Part shown: piece by piece, positions 1-8,805 of the stretch
Position numbering within the stretch: the first letter of the stretch is position 1
Layout: each line of letters starts with the position of its first letter
The notes under the pieces: model-generated
The model's input: only the letters and a program-made list of their open reading frames with translations
What the model was told of the DNA's origin: nothing
Database searches by the model: none
Assembly: GCA_033551855.1 (NCBI GenBank)
Contig: JAWSUI010000008.1
Span: forward strand, 51,064 to 91,388
Source: Deferrisomatales bacterium
GTDB taxonomy: Bacteria; Desulfobacterota; Deferrisomatia; Deferrisomatales; JACRMM01
Length of the DNA: 40,325 nt
Direction: 5' to 3'
Translations under genes and position numbers: made by a program

Positions 1-1257
1 GTGGGGGGGGGATTGGCCCTCCTGGGCCTGCGGGGTGTGGCCGCGGCGGTCTGCGCGGGCGTGCCCGCCCTCCTGCTCTCCGCGGTCGTCGTCGCCTATC
101 CGGAGCCCTGGTATCCGGGGGTAGGGGTCGCGGTTTTGACCGCGGTGCTGGCGTCGGTGAGCCTGGGGGGAGGCCGCCGGTGCGGTTGGCTCCCTTGGGT
201 GGGGCTGGCCGCGACCGTCGGCCTGTGGCTCGGTTGGGGGGACCGGCTGGCTCGGGCCGTCTCGGGGCAAGGGGAGACCACCTGGTATCTGCCGCTGCTC
301 GGCGCGTTCGTGGGGCTTCATCTCGCCGCGGCCCTGCGGCGGGCACGGCGCGGGCCGCCGGGGCGCCCGGAGGTCCTGGGGGCGCTGCTCCCGGCCGTGA
401 CCGTGGGATGGGCCTTTCCGGCGGCCGCCGTGCAGGCGGCCGGCTCTCCCTGGCTGGGGGCCGTCGGATTAGGCGGAGCCGGGGGCCTCTTGCTCCTGGC
501 CGGGCTCGTGGGGCGAAGGGGTCCCCAAGGGGGGTGGGGGGTCGGGGCGTTCGCCTTCGGCGGGGCGCTCCTGGGGGCGGCGGCCCTCACGAAGGGGCTC
601 GCTCTGGGCGCTGCGGCAGTGCCCCTTCTCTCGGCGGCGGCCCTTGGGCTGGGCGTGCTCTCCCGGCGCTGGGAGAGTGGGGGAACGCGGGTGGCTTCCT
701 ACGTGCTCCAGATCGGGGCAGCGGTGTGGGCGGCCGTCTCCGGCGCGGTCGCTGTGGGCGGGGCCGTGGCCGGACCCGCCGCCGCAGCCGGAGGCGGTGC
801 GCTGCTCGCGTGGGGGCACTACCGCTGGTGCCGCTCCAGTCCCCCGTCCGCCGGCTCGTGGTTCTTCACGCGGGTCGACCGCACCGACGACGGGGCGGTG
901 GTGCTGCTCCTCTCCTGTCTGGTCCTGGCCTTTGCCGCCCTGCGGGTGCTGGTTTTCCCCTGGGTGGCGGCCGTCTTCCTCGACGTGGGGGGGGCCTTCC
1001 AGGGTGCGCAGTCGGTGATCCTGCACCTCTCGGCGGTGGCCCTCGTCGTGGGAGCCCTGCGCCGGCGCAGTGCGGAGTTGCGTGCCGTCGGCCTGCTCGT
1101 GACCGGGATCGCCGGCGCCAAGGCGTTCCTGTACGACCTGCTCGCCGTCCGGGGGGTGCCTCTCGTTGTCAGTGTCTTGGTCTTCGGGGCTTGCGCGGGC
1201 GTGATCGCGATGCTCCTGCGGCGATGGCCGAGCCGAGGGGAGGACCCGGGGGACTGA
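1..1257 (+). CDS. DUF2339-like polytopic membrane protein (5'-truncated by window edge)
   Basis: Open frame from base 1 with many hydrophobic helices. C-terminal 'LRAVGLLVTGIAGAKAFLYDL...VSVLVFG' resembles the DUF2339 C-terminus. Stop TGA at 1255-1257. Confidence 0.65.
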   Translation: MGGGLALLGLRGVAAAVCAGVPALLLSAVVVAYPEPWYPGVGVAVLTAVLASVSLGGGRRCGWLPWVGLAATVGLWLGWGDRLARAVSGQGETTWYLPLLGAFVGLHLAAALRRARRGPPGRPEVLGALLPAVTVGWAFPAAAVQAAGSPWLGAVGLGGAGGLLLLAGLVGRRGPQGGWGVGAFAFGGALLGAAALTKGLALGAAAVPLLSAAALGLGVLSRRWESGGTRVASYVLQIGAAVWAAVSGAVAVGGAVAGPAAAAGGGALLAWGHYRWCRSSPPSAGSWFFTRVDRTDDGAVVLLLSCLVLAFAALRVLVFPWVAAVFLDVGGAFQGAQSVILHLSAVALVVGALRRRSAELRAVGLLVTGIAGAKAFLYDLLAVRGVPLVVSVLVFGACAGVIAMLLRRWPSRGEDPGD

Positions 1258-1632
1258 CCCTCTCAAGCGGGTGAAGCCCGGCGTACGGGGGCCTGCGGGG
1301 GCACCCCGTCCAATCGCTGCGGCTTGCGGGACAAGCCGTAGGGGCTCCCGGGCCCCGCTTGCCGAGCAGGCGGCGAACTTGGGCCTTGGTTTTGTCTTGC
1401 GAAATCCAGTGGTTCTTGATATTGGACACGGGTTCTGCTTGCGGAGGCCTTTTGCGTCTCGGATCCGCGGGCGGGTGGGGCTCCGTGGGTTCCCATGTGA
1501 AATGTTCTACAGGATTTTGCTCTGCAACAGAGAGGAGGAAAACCCATCGGCGTAGTCGTAAACGAAACCCGAGAATGCATTTGATGCCTTGCGTTGTCTC
1601 TATCTTTTTCCCATCTGCCATGGGGGAGTTCC

Positions 1633-3471
1633 ATGACGGAAAGATTCGGTCCTGCCTCGCGCCTCGCCCTGTTCCTCGCCGGCCTGCTCCTGATCCCCCT
1701 GTGGGGGGCGCCCGCCCAGGGGAGCATCGATGACAGCCAGTGTCTCGAGTGCCACGACGAGATAGACTACGAGGCCTACAACCTCTCGGCCCACGGGCGC
1801 CACGCCTGCAACAGCTGTCACTTCGACGTCATCGACATCGCGGACCACGAGACCTGCGGGTCGGCGACCCAGCAGAAGGCGGAGACGTGCCACCGGTGCC
1901 ACCCCCTGGAGGGGCGGGACCACTTCGCCTCGGTCCACATGATCAACGACATCAAGTGCGCCGACTGTCACTCCGATATCCACTCGATTCAGAAGTGGGA
2001 GGGAGACAAGCAGATGAGCGTGGACAAGTGCCTGGGCTGCCACGACGGCAGCGATTACCAGGCCAGCGTCCACGGCCAGGCCGTGGCCCGGGGCTCGCCC
2101 GACGCCCCCTCCTGTGCCGACTGTCACGGCCTGCACCGGATCGAGCCCCTGGGGGAGCCCGGCACCCACGAGTACCGCGCGTTCCACACCGAGACCTGCC
2201 AGCGCTGTCACGCCGATGCCGAGATGATGGCGCGAAACGGCGTGCTCCCCATCGCGGTGACGACCTACGAGGACAGCTACCACGGCAAGGTCGTGCGACT
2301 GGGCTCGGTCTTGGGGGCTGGGTGCTCCGACTGCCACGGGGCGCACGGGGTTTTCGCCCAGGACGACCCGCGGTCCGCCATCCACCTGGACAACCTGACG
2401 GAGACCTGCGGCGCCTGCCATCCCGGGAGCACGGACCGGTTCGCACAGTTCCTGGCCCACGCCGACTACATGGACCGCGAGAACTACCCGCTCCTCTTCT
2501 ACACCTTCGTGGTCATGACGAGTCTTCTCGTCACGGTCTTCTCGGTCTTCTGGATCCACACCTTGCTTTGGTGGCGCAAGGCCTATTGGTCTCGGCGGGA
2601 ACACCTCATGGCCGGCCACTTCGGCCACCCCCACGTCGATGAGCCCCTGCGGCCCTACCGGCGGTTCAGCTGGTTCGACAAGCTCCTACACCTCTTGATG
2701 GTGGTGAGCTTCCTCGGGCTCGTAGTCACCGGCCTCCCGCTCAAGTTCCACCGGGCGCCCTGGGCCGGCGCCCTCATGGACCTGATGGGCGGCCCCCACA
2801 TGGCCGGGGCCATCCACCGGATCTGCGCCCTGATCACGTTCCTCTACTTCGGCCTGTGCATGGCCTACATCGTGTACTTCCTGTTCTTCAAGAAGACCGG
2901 CGGGACGCCGCTCCAGAAGCTCTTCGGGCCCGACTCGCTCTTCCCCAACCTCCGCGACGTGGCCGACATCACCGCCATGTTCCGGTGGTTCTTCGGAACC
3001 GGGAAGGAGCCCCGTTTCGAGCGGTGGACCTACTGGGAGAAGTTCGACTTCCTCGCGGTCTTCTGGGGCATGTTCGCCATCGGCGGGTCCGGCCTCCTGC
3101 TGTGGTTCCCGGAGTTCTTCGGGCGCTTCATGCCGGGGTGGATCTTCAACGTGGCCATCATCGTGCACAGTGACGAGGCCCTTCTGGCGTCGGGCTTCAT
3201 CTTCACCGTGCACTTCTTCAACACCCACTTCCGCCCCGGCAAGTTCCCCATGGACATGGTGATCTTCCGGGGGCGCATGCCCAAATGGGAGCTCTACGAG
3301 GAGCGGGCGGACTGGGTGGAGCGCCTGAAGAGCGAAGGGCGGCTGGAGGCCATGGAATCCCGTCCGTCTCACCCCCTGGAGGATCTGTTCGGCCACCTCT
3401 TCGGGTTTGTCGCCCTGGGGGTGGGGCTTCTGTGCATCGTGCTGATCGTGTGGGGCTTCCTGGCCCACTGA
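1633..3471 (+). CDS. cbcL: CbcL-like inner-membrane protein: periplasmic nonaheme c-type domain plus cytochrome b (FdnI/HydC-like) membrane domain
   Basis: ATG 1633 with GGGGAG RBS and a signal peptide. Nine CXXCH motifs (CLECH, CNSCH, CHRCH, CADCH, CLGCH, CADCH, CQRCH, CSDCH, CGACH). TM domain with His ligands (LLHLL, AIHRI, IVHSDEA, TVHFFNTH) and 'RWTYWEKFDFLAVFWG'. Same architecture as Geobacter CbcL. Confidence 0.85.
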   Translation: MTERFGPASRLALFLAGLLLIPLWGAPAQGSIDDSQCLECHDEIDYEAYNLSAHGRHACNSCHFDVIDIADHETCGSATQQKAETCHRCHPLEGRDHFASVHMINDIKCADCHSDIHSIQKWEGDKQMSVDKCLGCHDGSDYQASVHGQAVARGSPDAPSCADCHGLHRIEPLGEPGTHEYRAFHTETCQRCHADAEMMARNGVLPIAVTTYEDSYHGKVVRLGSVLGAGCSDCHGAHGVFAQDDPRSAIHLDNLTETCGACHPGSTDRFAQFLAHADYMDRENYPLLFYTFVVMTSLLVTVFSVFWIHTLLWWRKAYWSRREHLMAGHFGHPHVDEPLRPYRRFSWFDKLLHLLMVVSFLGLVVTGLPLKFHRAPWAGALMDLMGGPHMAGAIHRICALITFLYFGLCMAYIVYFLFFKKTGGTPLQKLFGPDSLFPNLRDVADITAMFRWFFGTGKEPRFERWTYWEKFDFLAVFWGMFAIGGSGLLLWFPEFFGRFMPGWIFNVAIIVHSDEALLASGFIFTVHFFNTHFRPGKFPMDMVIFRGRMPKWELYEERADWVERLKSEGRLEAMESRPSHPLEDLFGHLFGFVALGVGLLCIVLIVWGFLAH

Positions 3472-3494
3472 GGCCGGCTTTCCGGGAAGCTGTG

Positions 3495-3534
3495 CAAAGG
3501 CCCAGGCCGCTTCTGCGGCCTGGGCCTTTGTTTC
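3495..3534. terminator. Intrinsic, probably bidirectional, terminator between convergent genes
   Basis: Perfect 16-bp stem caaaggcccaggccgc-ttct-gcggcctgggcctttg followed by tttc. Confidence 0.8.
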
Positions 3535-3742
3535 TGTAGCGCCCGGGGCGGCACCGCATGGGTCGCTCGTGCCCCGGACCTTGGGGACGTGGGGTTCGGC
3601 GTGGTTGGGACGCGTTGCCGAGATGTCCGCCGAGGGTCGGGACGCCTGCCTCGTTCTCGGGGAGGTGCCCCGAGGCCTGCTGCCCAGGTCGATGCCGGGG
3701 ACCCCCGCTTCCCTGCGAAGAGTGCCGACGGATCCCTGGTGG

Positions 3743-5143
3743 TCAGTCCCCCTCGATGCACACCTCGCGCAGCCGGGACGCCAGGTCCGTGACGCCGCTG
3801 CGCTCGGCCGTGTGGCAGCGGCGGCAGGACGCGAGGGTCCCCCTCCCGGTGACCAGCTTCTCCTCACCCCCGGACGCCACGTGGAGGGAGCCCGGCCCGT
3901 GGCACGCCTCGCACTGGACGTTGGTGAACCCCTCCAGGGCCTTCCAGTCGATCGTCTCTTCCTCACACTCGAAGGCCACCGCGTGGCAGGCGATGCACTC
4001 GGCGTCGAACTGCCGCTTGCGCTCCACCAGGGTCTGGTAGGCGCGGGCGTGGCGGGTCTGGGCCCAGCCCTGGTATCGCCCGGCGTGGCACTGGCGGCAG
4101 GCGGCGAGCCCCACGTACTCGCTTCCGCAGTCGGGGTCGCCCGGCGTCGAGACCGCCTTGGCCAGCTCTTCCTGGAGGGTCGAGAGCTCCTTCAGGGCCC
4201 GCTCGACCATGGGGCCCACCTTCGGGTGGTCGGGCATCTCCACCAGGAGTTGCACGAAGCTGTGGCGGAAGAGAAACTCCCCCACCGCCGGCCCCCCCCG
4301 CGCCCCCCCGCCCGCGGCCTCGGTTCCGGCCCTGCTCACCTCGAGGCGCCCGACGGACCGGCCCCCACGGTCCAGGTGGGTGATGAAGGAGTCTTGCACC
4401 ACCAGGGGGAGGGTGATCTGGTTGCGCTGGTCGCTGCCGACGATGAGGTGGATGGGCTCGCCCACCATGGCCAGCCGCCTCTTGGCCCGGCTCGTCATGT
4501 CGGTGAGCAGGACGATCAGCTCCGCGCCTTGGGCGCGCATCTCGGCCACGGCGGACAGGGCCGCCTCGGCGGGGTCCGTGACGGAAAACTTGTGGCTGGC
4601 CGGAATCTTGTCCCGCTTGAGGTCCGCGTCCACCAGCCCGAAGATGCCGACCTTGATGCCCCCGAGCTCCTTGAGCACGTAGCGCTGGAAGAGGTGGCGG
4701 CCGTGGGGGTCCACGAGGTTCGCCGAGACGAAGGGAAACCGGGCCTTGGCCTGCTTGTCGAGCAGATAGTCCATGCCCAGGGAGAGATCGTAGGCGCCTA
4801 TATTGAAGGCGTCGCAGCCCATCTCGTCGTAGGCGGCGAGGATCAGGTCCGCGGTCATGCGGGCGGGGGGCACGCGGTCCCGGGGAAGCTGCTCCCTCCG
4901 GAAGAGGGAGTTCCCGGCGTTGACGAAGAGGACCGGCTGCCCCTCTTGCCGCACCGTGTCGAGGTAGGTTGCTCGCTTGGCCAGACCGCCACGCGGGTTC
5001 TTCAGTCACCCGCAGGGGCTGATCTCGCCCCGCTCATCCACCGTGTAGACGACGGTCAGGCCCGGCGTGGGCGGTTGCGCCAGCGTCCCGGAAGGGGCGA
5101 CCAAGCCCACCAGGGCGAGCAGGGAAGGGAGTAGGCGCCGCAT
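3743..5143 (-). CDS. UshA-like (5'-nucleotidase fold) selenoprotein with C-terminal tetraheme c554-like domain; UGA codon 46 read as Sec
   Basis: ATG 5143 (GGAGGA RBS upstream) gives signal peptide MRRLLPSLLALVGLVAPSGTLA, then 'LTVVYTVDERGEISPCG-UGA-LKNPRGGLAKRAT', in frame with the 3743..4954 ORF. Four CXXCH (CRQCH, CIACH, CEACH, CRRCH). 466 aa with readthrough. Confidence 0.85.
4972..5008 (-). promoter_or_regulatory. Candidate bacterial SECIS element directly 3' of the UGA (5006-5008)
   Basis: mRNA UGA CUG AAG AAC CCG CGU GGC GGU CUG GCC AAG. Stem UGGC/GCCA closes a GGUCUG loop. GGUCU lies at +19..+23 from the UGA, as in the E. coli fdhF SECIS. Confidence 0.7.
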
Positions 5144-5294
5144 GGGTGTTCCTCCGGTTCCGGGAGTCGGGAGCGGGGCCGTTCCGGCCTTCTACCCGCG
5201 CCCTTCGAACTCTAGCAGACCCGCGCGCTGACGCACAACCGGGGCCGACACCCAGCGGCACCTCCCCGCCCGCTCGTGCTTCAGCGCTGCCCGG

Positions 5295-5324
5295 TTGATC
5301 GGCGCGGGTCCACTTGGGTACACT
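5295..5324 (+). promoter_or_regulatory. Putative sigma70 promoter for the def-fmt operon
   Basis: TTGATC-N18-TACACT about 50 nt upstream of the def start. Confidence 0.45.
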
Positions 5325-5373
5325 GCGTCTCCCGTGGACTCCCCTGCAGGCCCTCCGCCGCGAGCCGAACGCC

Positions 5374-5883
5374 ATGGCCGTACTCGAAATCCTTCAGTTC
5401 CCCCACCCGGTCCTCCGGAAGCGCGCAGAGGAGATCCTCCGGGTCGACGACCAGATCCACCGCCTCGCGCGCAGCATGACGGAGACCATGCACCGGGCCC
5501 CGGGGATCGGTTTGGCGGCCAACCAGGTCGGCGTGCCCGCGCGCCTCATCGTGGTGGACCTCTCGGCGGGGGAGCGCCCCGAGGAGACCCTCGTGGTCGT
5601 CAACCCGGAGATCCTGTGCAAGGAGGGGACCCTGCGGATGGAGGAGGGGTGCCTCTCGGTGCCGGACCTCCGGGAGAACGTGACCCGCTGCCAGAGGGTG
5701 GTGGTGCGGGGGCTCGACCTGGAGGGCCGCAGGGTGGAGGTGGAGGGAGAGGACTTGTTGGCCGTGGCGCTGCAGCACGAGATCGATCACCTGGATGGCG
5801 TGCTCTTCCTGGACCACTTGAGCCAGCTCAAGCGGAGTCGGTACGTCGCACGCCAGAAGAAGGCGGGGGCGACGGACGGGTGA
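5374..5883 (+). CDS. def: Peptide deformylase
   Basis: Motifs GIGLAANQVG, EGCLS and QHEIDHLDG. ATG at 5374. Confidence 0.97.
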   Translation: MAVLEILQFPHPVLRKRAEEILRVDDQIHRLARSMTETMHRAPGIGLAANQVGVPARLIVVDLSAGERPEETLVVVNPEILCKEGTLRMEEGCLSVPDLRENVTRCQRVVVRGLDLEGRRVEVEGEDLLAVALQHEIDHLDGVLFLDHLSQLKRSRYVARQKKAGATDG

Positions 5884-5888
5884 GGGAG

Positions 5889-6839
5889 GTGTCCCGCCCC
5901 GGCCCCGTGATCTTCCTCGGCACCGCACCCTTCGCGGTGCCGAGCCTCGAGGCTCTGATCGCCGCCGGAGAGGCCGTGGCCCTCGTGGTCACCCAGCCCG
6001 ACCGCCCCAGGGGCCGGGGGCAGCGCACCGAGGCGACCCCCGTCAAGGCCGCCGCCGAGCGCCTGGGCCTGCGAGTGGCCCAGCCGGAGCAGGTCAACGC
6101 CCCGGAGACCCTGGAGGAGCTCCGGGGCCTCGCGCCGGAGCTCCTGGTGGTCGTGGCCTACGGCCAGCTCCTGCGGCGGCCCCTCCTGGACCTGGCGCGG
6201 CGGGGGGCGGTGAACTTGCACCCCAGCCTGCTCCCCCGGCACCGAGGCCCTTCCCCCGTGGCCTCGGCGATCCTCGCGGGGGACGACCTTGTGGGGAACA
6301 CCACCATGCTCCTGGACGAGGGAATGGATTCGGGACCGGTCCTGCTCCAGGAGTCGATGCCCCTCGATCCCGAGGCCACCCGGGGGGAAGTGGAGGAGCA
6401 CCTGGCGGGCGCCGGGGGGGTGCTGCTGGCGCGGACCCTCCGGGGCCTGAGAGAGGGCGCCGTGCGCCCGGTGCCCCAGGACGAGACCCGGGTGACCGTG
6501 AGCCGGCTCCTGACGCGGCAGATGCGGCCGATCCCCTGGGACCGATCCGCCGGAGAGGTTCGCCGCCTGGTGCATGCCCTCTCTCCGCACCCGGGGGCCC
6601 TGACGCTCCTGGGGGGGCGGTTGGTCAAGATCCTGAGGGTGCGCGAGGTCGAGGGGGCTGGCCCGCCGGGACGGGTGCTCGAGCTCCGGCGGGAAGGACC
6701 GGTCGTCGGGTGCGGCGCCGGCTCGCTCCTGTGGCTCGAGGTCCAACCCGAGGGACGCCGGCCCATGCGGGGAGCGGACTTTGCTCGAGGTGGGGGCGTG
6801 GCTGTGGGGCAGGTACTGGAGGTTCCCTGGGATGACTGA
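5889..6839 (+). CDS. fmt: Methionyl-tRNA formyltransferase
   Basis: IFLGTAPFA, VVTQPDRPRGRG, VAYGQLL, NLHPSLLPRHRG, MDSGP, EVQPEGRRPM. Follows def. GTG start at 5889 is approximate. Confidence 0.96.
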   Translation: MSRPGPVIFLGTAPFAVPSLEALIAAGEAVALVVTQPDRPRGRGQRTEATPVKAAAERLGLRVAQPEQVNAPETLEELRGLAPELLVVVAYGQLLRRPLLDLARRGAVNLHPSLLPRHRGPSPVASAILAGDDLVGNTTMLLDEGMDSGPVLLQESMPLDPEATRGEVEEHLAGAGGVLLARTLRGLREGAVRPVPQDETRVTVSRLLTRQMRPIPWDRSAGEVRRLVHALSPHPGALTLLGGRLVKILRVREVEGAGPPGRVLELRREGPVVGCGAGSLLWLEVQPEGRRPMRGADFARGGGVAVGQVLEVPWDD

Positions 6840-7644
6840 GGGAGAGCGGGCGGAAGGAGGCGGCAAGCGGCTGTTTCTCGGGCTGCTGCTGGTCACCGGT
6901 TTCCTGTTGGGGGGGGTGGGCCTGGCGACGTGGCTCGTCCCCCGCGCGTACGCGGCGGGCGGCTCGTGGCTGGCCGCCCTGCTGGGGGCCGCGTTCGGGG
7001 CCGGGGCGCTCCTCATCTGGGCAGGGATCGGCATCCTGGTTTTTGCGACCCTCTTCGAGCGGGACCTGCCCGGGACGCGGCGCGTGAGGGGTCTGCTCAT
7101 CCGCGGCTTCTTCCCTCCCCTGGTGGGGATCGCCCGTCTCCTGGGGATCCCCAAGGAGCGAGTGGAGCGCTCGTTCATCGCCGTCAACAATCAACTGGTG
7201 CTGCGCTCCGGGCGTCGGTCCCGACCGGAGCGCATGCTCATCCTCCTCCCCCACTGCCTCCAGATCGACGCCTGCGACATCCGCATCACCGGCGACATCG
7301 GCAACTGTCGGGGATGCGGCCGCTGCCCGATCGCGGGCCTCGTGGAGCTGGGGGAGCGGTACGGCGTGCAACTGAGCGTCGCCACGGGGGGAACCATCGC
7401 CCGCCGCATCATCGTGGAGCAGAGGCCGGAGATCATCATCGCGGTGGCCTGCGAGAGGGACCTCACCAGCGGCATCCAGGACGCCCACCCCTTGCCGGTC
7501 TACGGCATCCTCAACGAGCGGCCCGAGGGGCCGTGCTTCAACACCCTGGTCGACCTCGGGGAGGTGGAGCGCGCCCTGGCGCGGTTCGTCTCCCAGCCGG
7601 CCCCTCGCCGGGCGAAAGCTTTTGACACCGCCGCGGGCGGCTGA
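6832..7644 (+). CDS. DUF116 family Cys-rich membrane-anchored protein
   Basis: Two N-terminal TM helices. LLPHCLQ, CRGCGRC, ATGGTIAR, AVACERDL, GPCFNT motifs. Overlaps fmt end. Confidence 0.85.
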   Translation: MTEGERAEGGGKRLFLGLLLVTGFLLGGVGLATWLVPRAYAAGGSWLAALLGAAFGAGALLIWAGIGILVFATLFERDLPGTRRVRGLLIRGFFPPLVGIARLLGIPKERVERSFIAVNNQLVLRSGRRSRPERMLILLPHCLQIDACDIRITGDIGNCRGCGRCPIAGLVELGERYGVQLSVATGGTIARRIIVEQRPEIIIAVACERDLTSGIQDAHPLPVYGILNERPEGPCFNTLVDLGEVERALARFVSQPAPRRAKAFDTAAGG

Positions 7645-7686
7645 GTAGATTCACGCACCGGCCCCCTCACCTGCGCGGGAGACCCC

Positions 7687-8661
7687 ATGGACATGCCCTC
7701 CGTGCTGCAGCTCATGGACGAGGACCTGAAGAAGGTCGAGCTGCAGTTCCAGGAAAACCTCCGCTCCGAGGTGAGCCTCATCCCGACGGTCGGGCGGTAT
7801 GTGCTGCGCAGCGGGGGCAAGCGGGTGAGGCCGCTCCTGGTGCTGTTGACGGCTCGGCTGTGCGGTTACCGAGGAGAGCGGGCCGTTCCCCTCGCCTCCA
7901 TCGTGGAATTCATCCACACCGCCACGCTCCTGCACGACGACGTGGTGGACAACGCCGACCTGAGGCGAGGGCAGGAGTCGGCCAACGCGGTGTGGGGCAA
8001 CGAGGCCAGCGTCTTGGTGGGCGACTTTCTGTTCAGCAAGTCGTTCTCTCTCCTGGTGGCCGACGGGGACCTGCGCATCCTGCGGGCCATGAGCGACGCC
8101 ACCACTCGGATGGCCGAGGGGGAGGTCCTCGAGCTCCTGAAGACCTCGGATCTGGAGACCCTCGAGCAGGAGTATCTGGAGGTCGTCGTCAACAAGACCG
8201 CCGTACTCCTGGCCGCAGCCTGCGAGATCGGGGCGCTCCTGGGGGACGCCCCCGAGAGGGAGGTGGCAGCCCTGCGCGGCTACGGCATGGAGGTGGGGAT
8301 CGCCTTTCAGCTCATGGACGACTGCCTGGACTACGTCGCCGACGAGAGCGCTTTCGGCAAGGAGGTGGGAACCGACCTCGCGGAGGGGAAGATCACCTTG
8401 CCCCTCATCCACGCCCTGCGTCAGTGCGAGCGCGGGGAGCGCGAAGCGGTCCGTGCGGTGCTGGACAAAGACGCCGTCGCCCCGGAGGACCTCGTGGCGG
8501 TGACCCGGCTCATCGAGAAGTTCGGCGGGATCGCGTTTACCCGGGCCCAAGCCCAGGGGCGGGTCGCCAGGGCGAAGGAGCTCCTCGGAGGCTTCCCCCC
8601 GAGCCCGGAGCGGGAGGCCCTGGAGGCGGTGGCGGACTACGTGGTGACCCGGGACCGGTAG
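7687..8661 (+). CDS. ispB: Long-chain trans-polyprenyl (octaprenyl-type) diphosphate synthase
   Basis: GGKRVRP, FARM 'LLHDDVVD..LRRG', KTA, SARM 'FQLMDDCLD', 'GTDLAEGKITLP'. Confidence 0.9.
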   Translation: MDMPSVLQLMDEDLKKVELQFQENLRSEVSLIPTVGRYVLRSGGKRVRPLLVLLTARLCGYRGERAVPLASIVEFIHTATLLHDDVVDNADLRRGQESANAVWGNEASVLVGDFLFSKSFSLLVADGDLRILRAMSDATTRMAEGEVLELLKTSDLETLEQEYLEVVVNKTAVLLAAACEIGALLGDAPEREVAALRGYGMEVGIAFQLMDDCLDYVADESAFGKEVGTDLAEGKITLPLIHALRQCERGEREAVRAVLDKDAVAPEDLVAVTRLIEKFGGIAFTRAQAQGRVARAKELLGGFPPSPEREALEAVADYVVTRDR

Positions 8662-8708
8662 GAGACCCGACGGGCGGTCGGCTATAAAGAAACGCACCTT
8701 CCTTGAAT

Positions 8709-8744
8709 CCCCTCTCCCCCCGGGAGAGGGGCCTGGGGTGAGGG
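8709..8744. repeat. CCCTCTCCC/GGGAGAGGG-type REP-like palindrome
   Basis: cccctctccc-ccc-gggagaggggcctggggtgaggg between convergent ispB and yhaM. Confidence 0.6.
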
Positions 8745-8805
8745 CGACCGGCCCGCGACCGGTCGGCGTTTCATCCCTTGGGGTGACCCGAAGGTCATGG
8801 GCAAC

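Noticed and set aside
1423..1440. Sigma54 -24/-12 promoter upstream of cbcL (tggacacgggttctgc)
   Set aside because: GG-to-GC spacing is 11 nt rather than the strict 10.
1500..1630. GEMM-I (c-di-GMP/cGAMP) riboswitch upstream of the cytochrome
   Set aside because: I could not find the GCAAA/GNRA-receptor P2-P3 signature by eye. An Infernal scan would be needed.
3743..5143. Pseudogene interpretation of the in-frame TGA
   Set aside because: The TGA sits in a C-G-U redox motif, is followed by a correctly spaced SECIS-like hairpin, and both flanks are intact.
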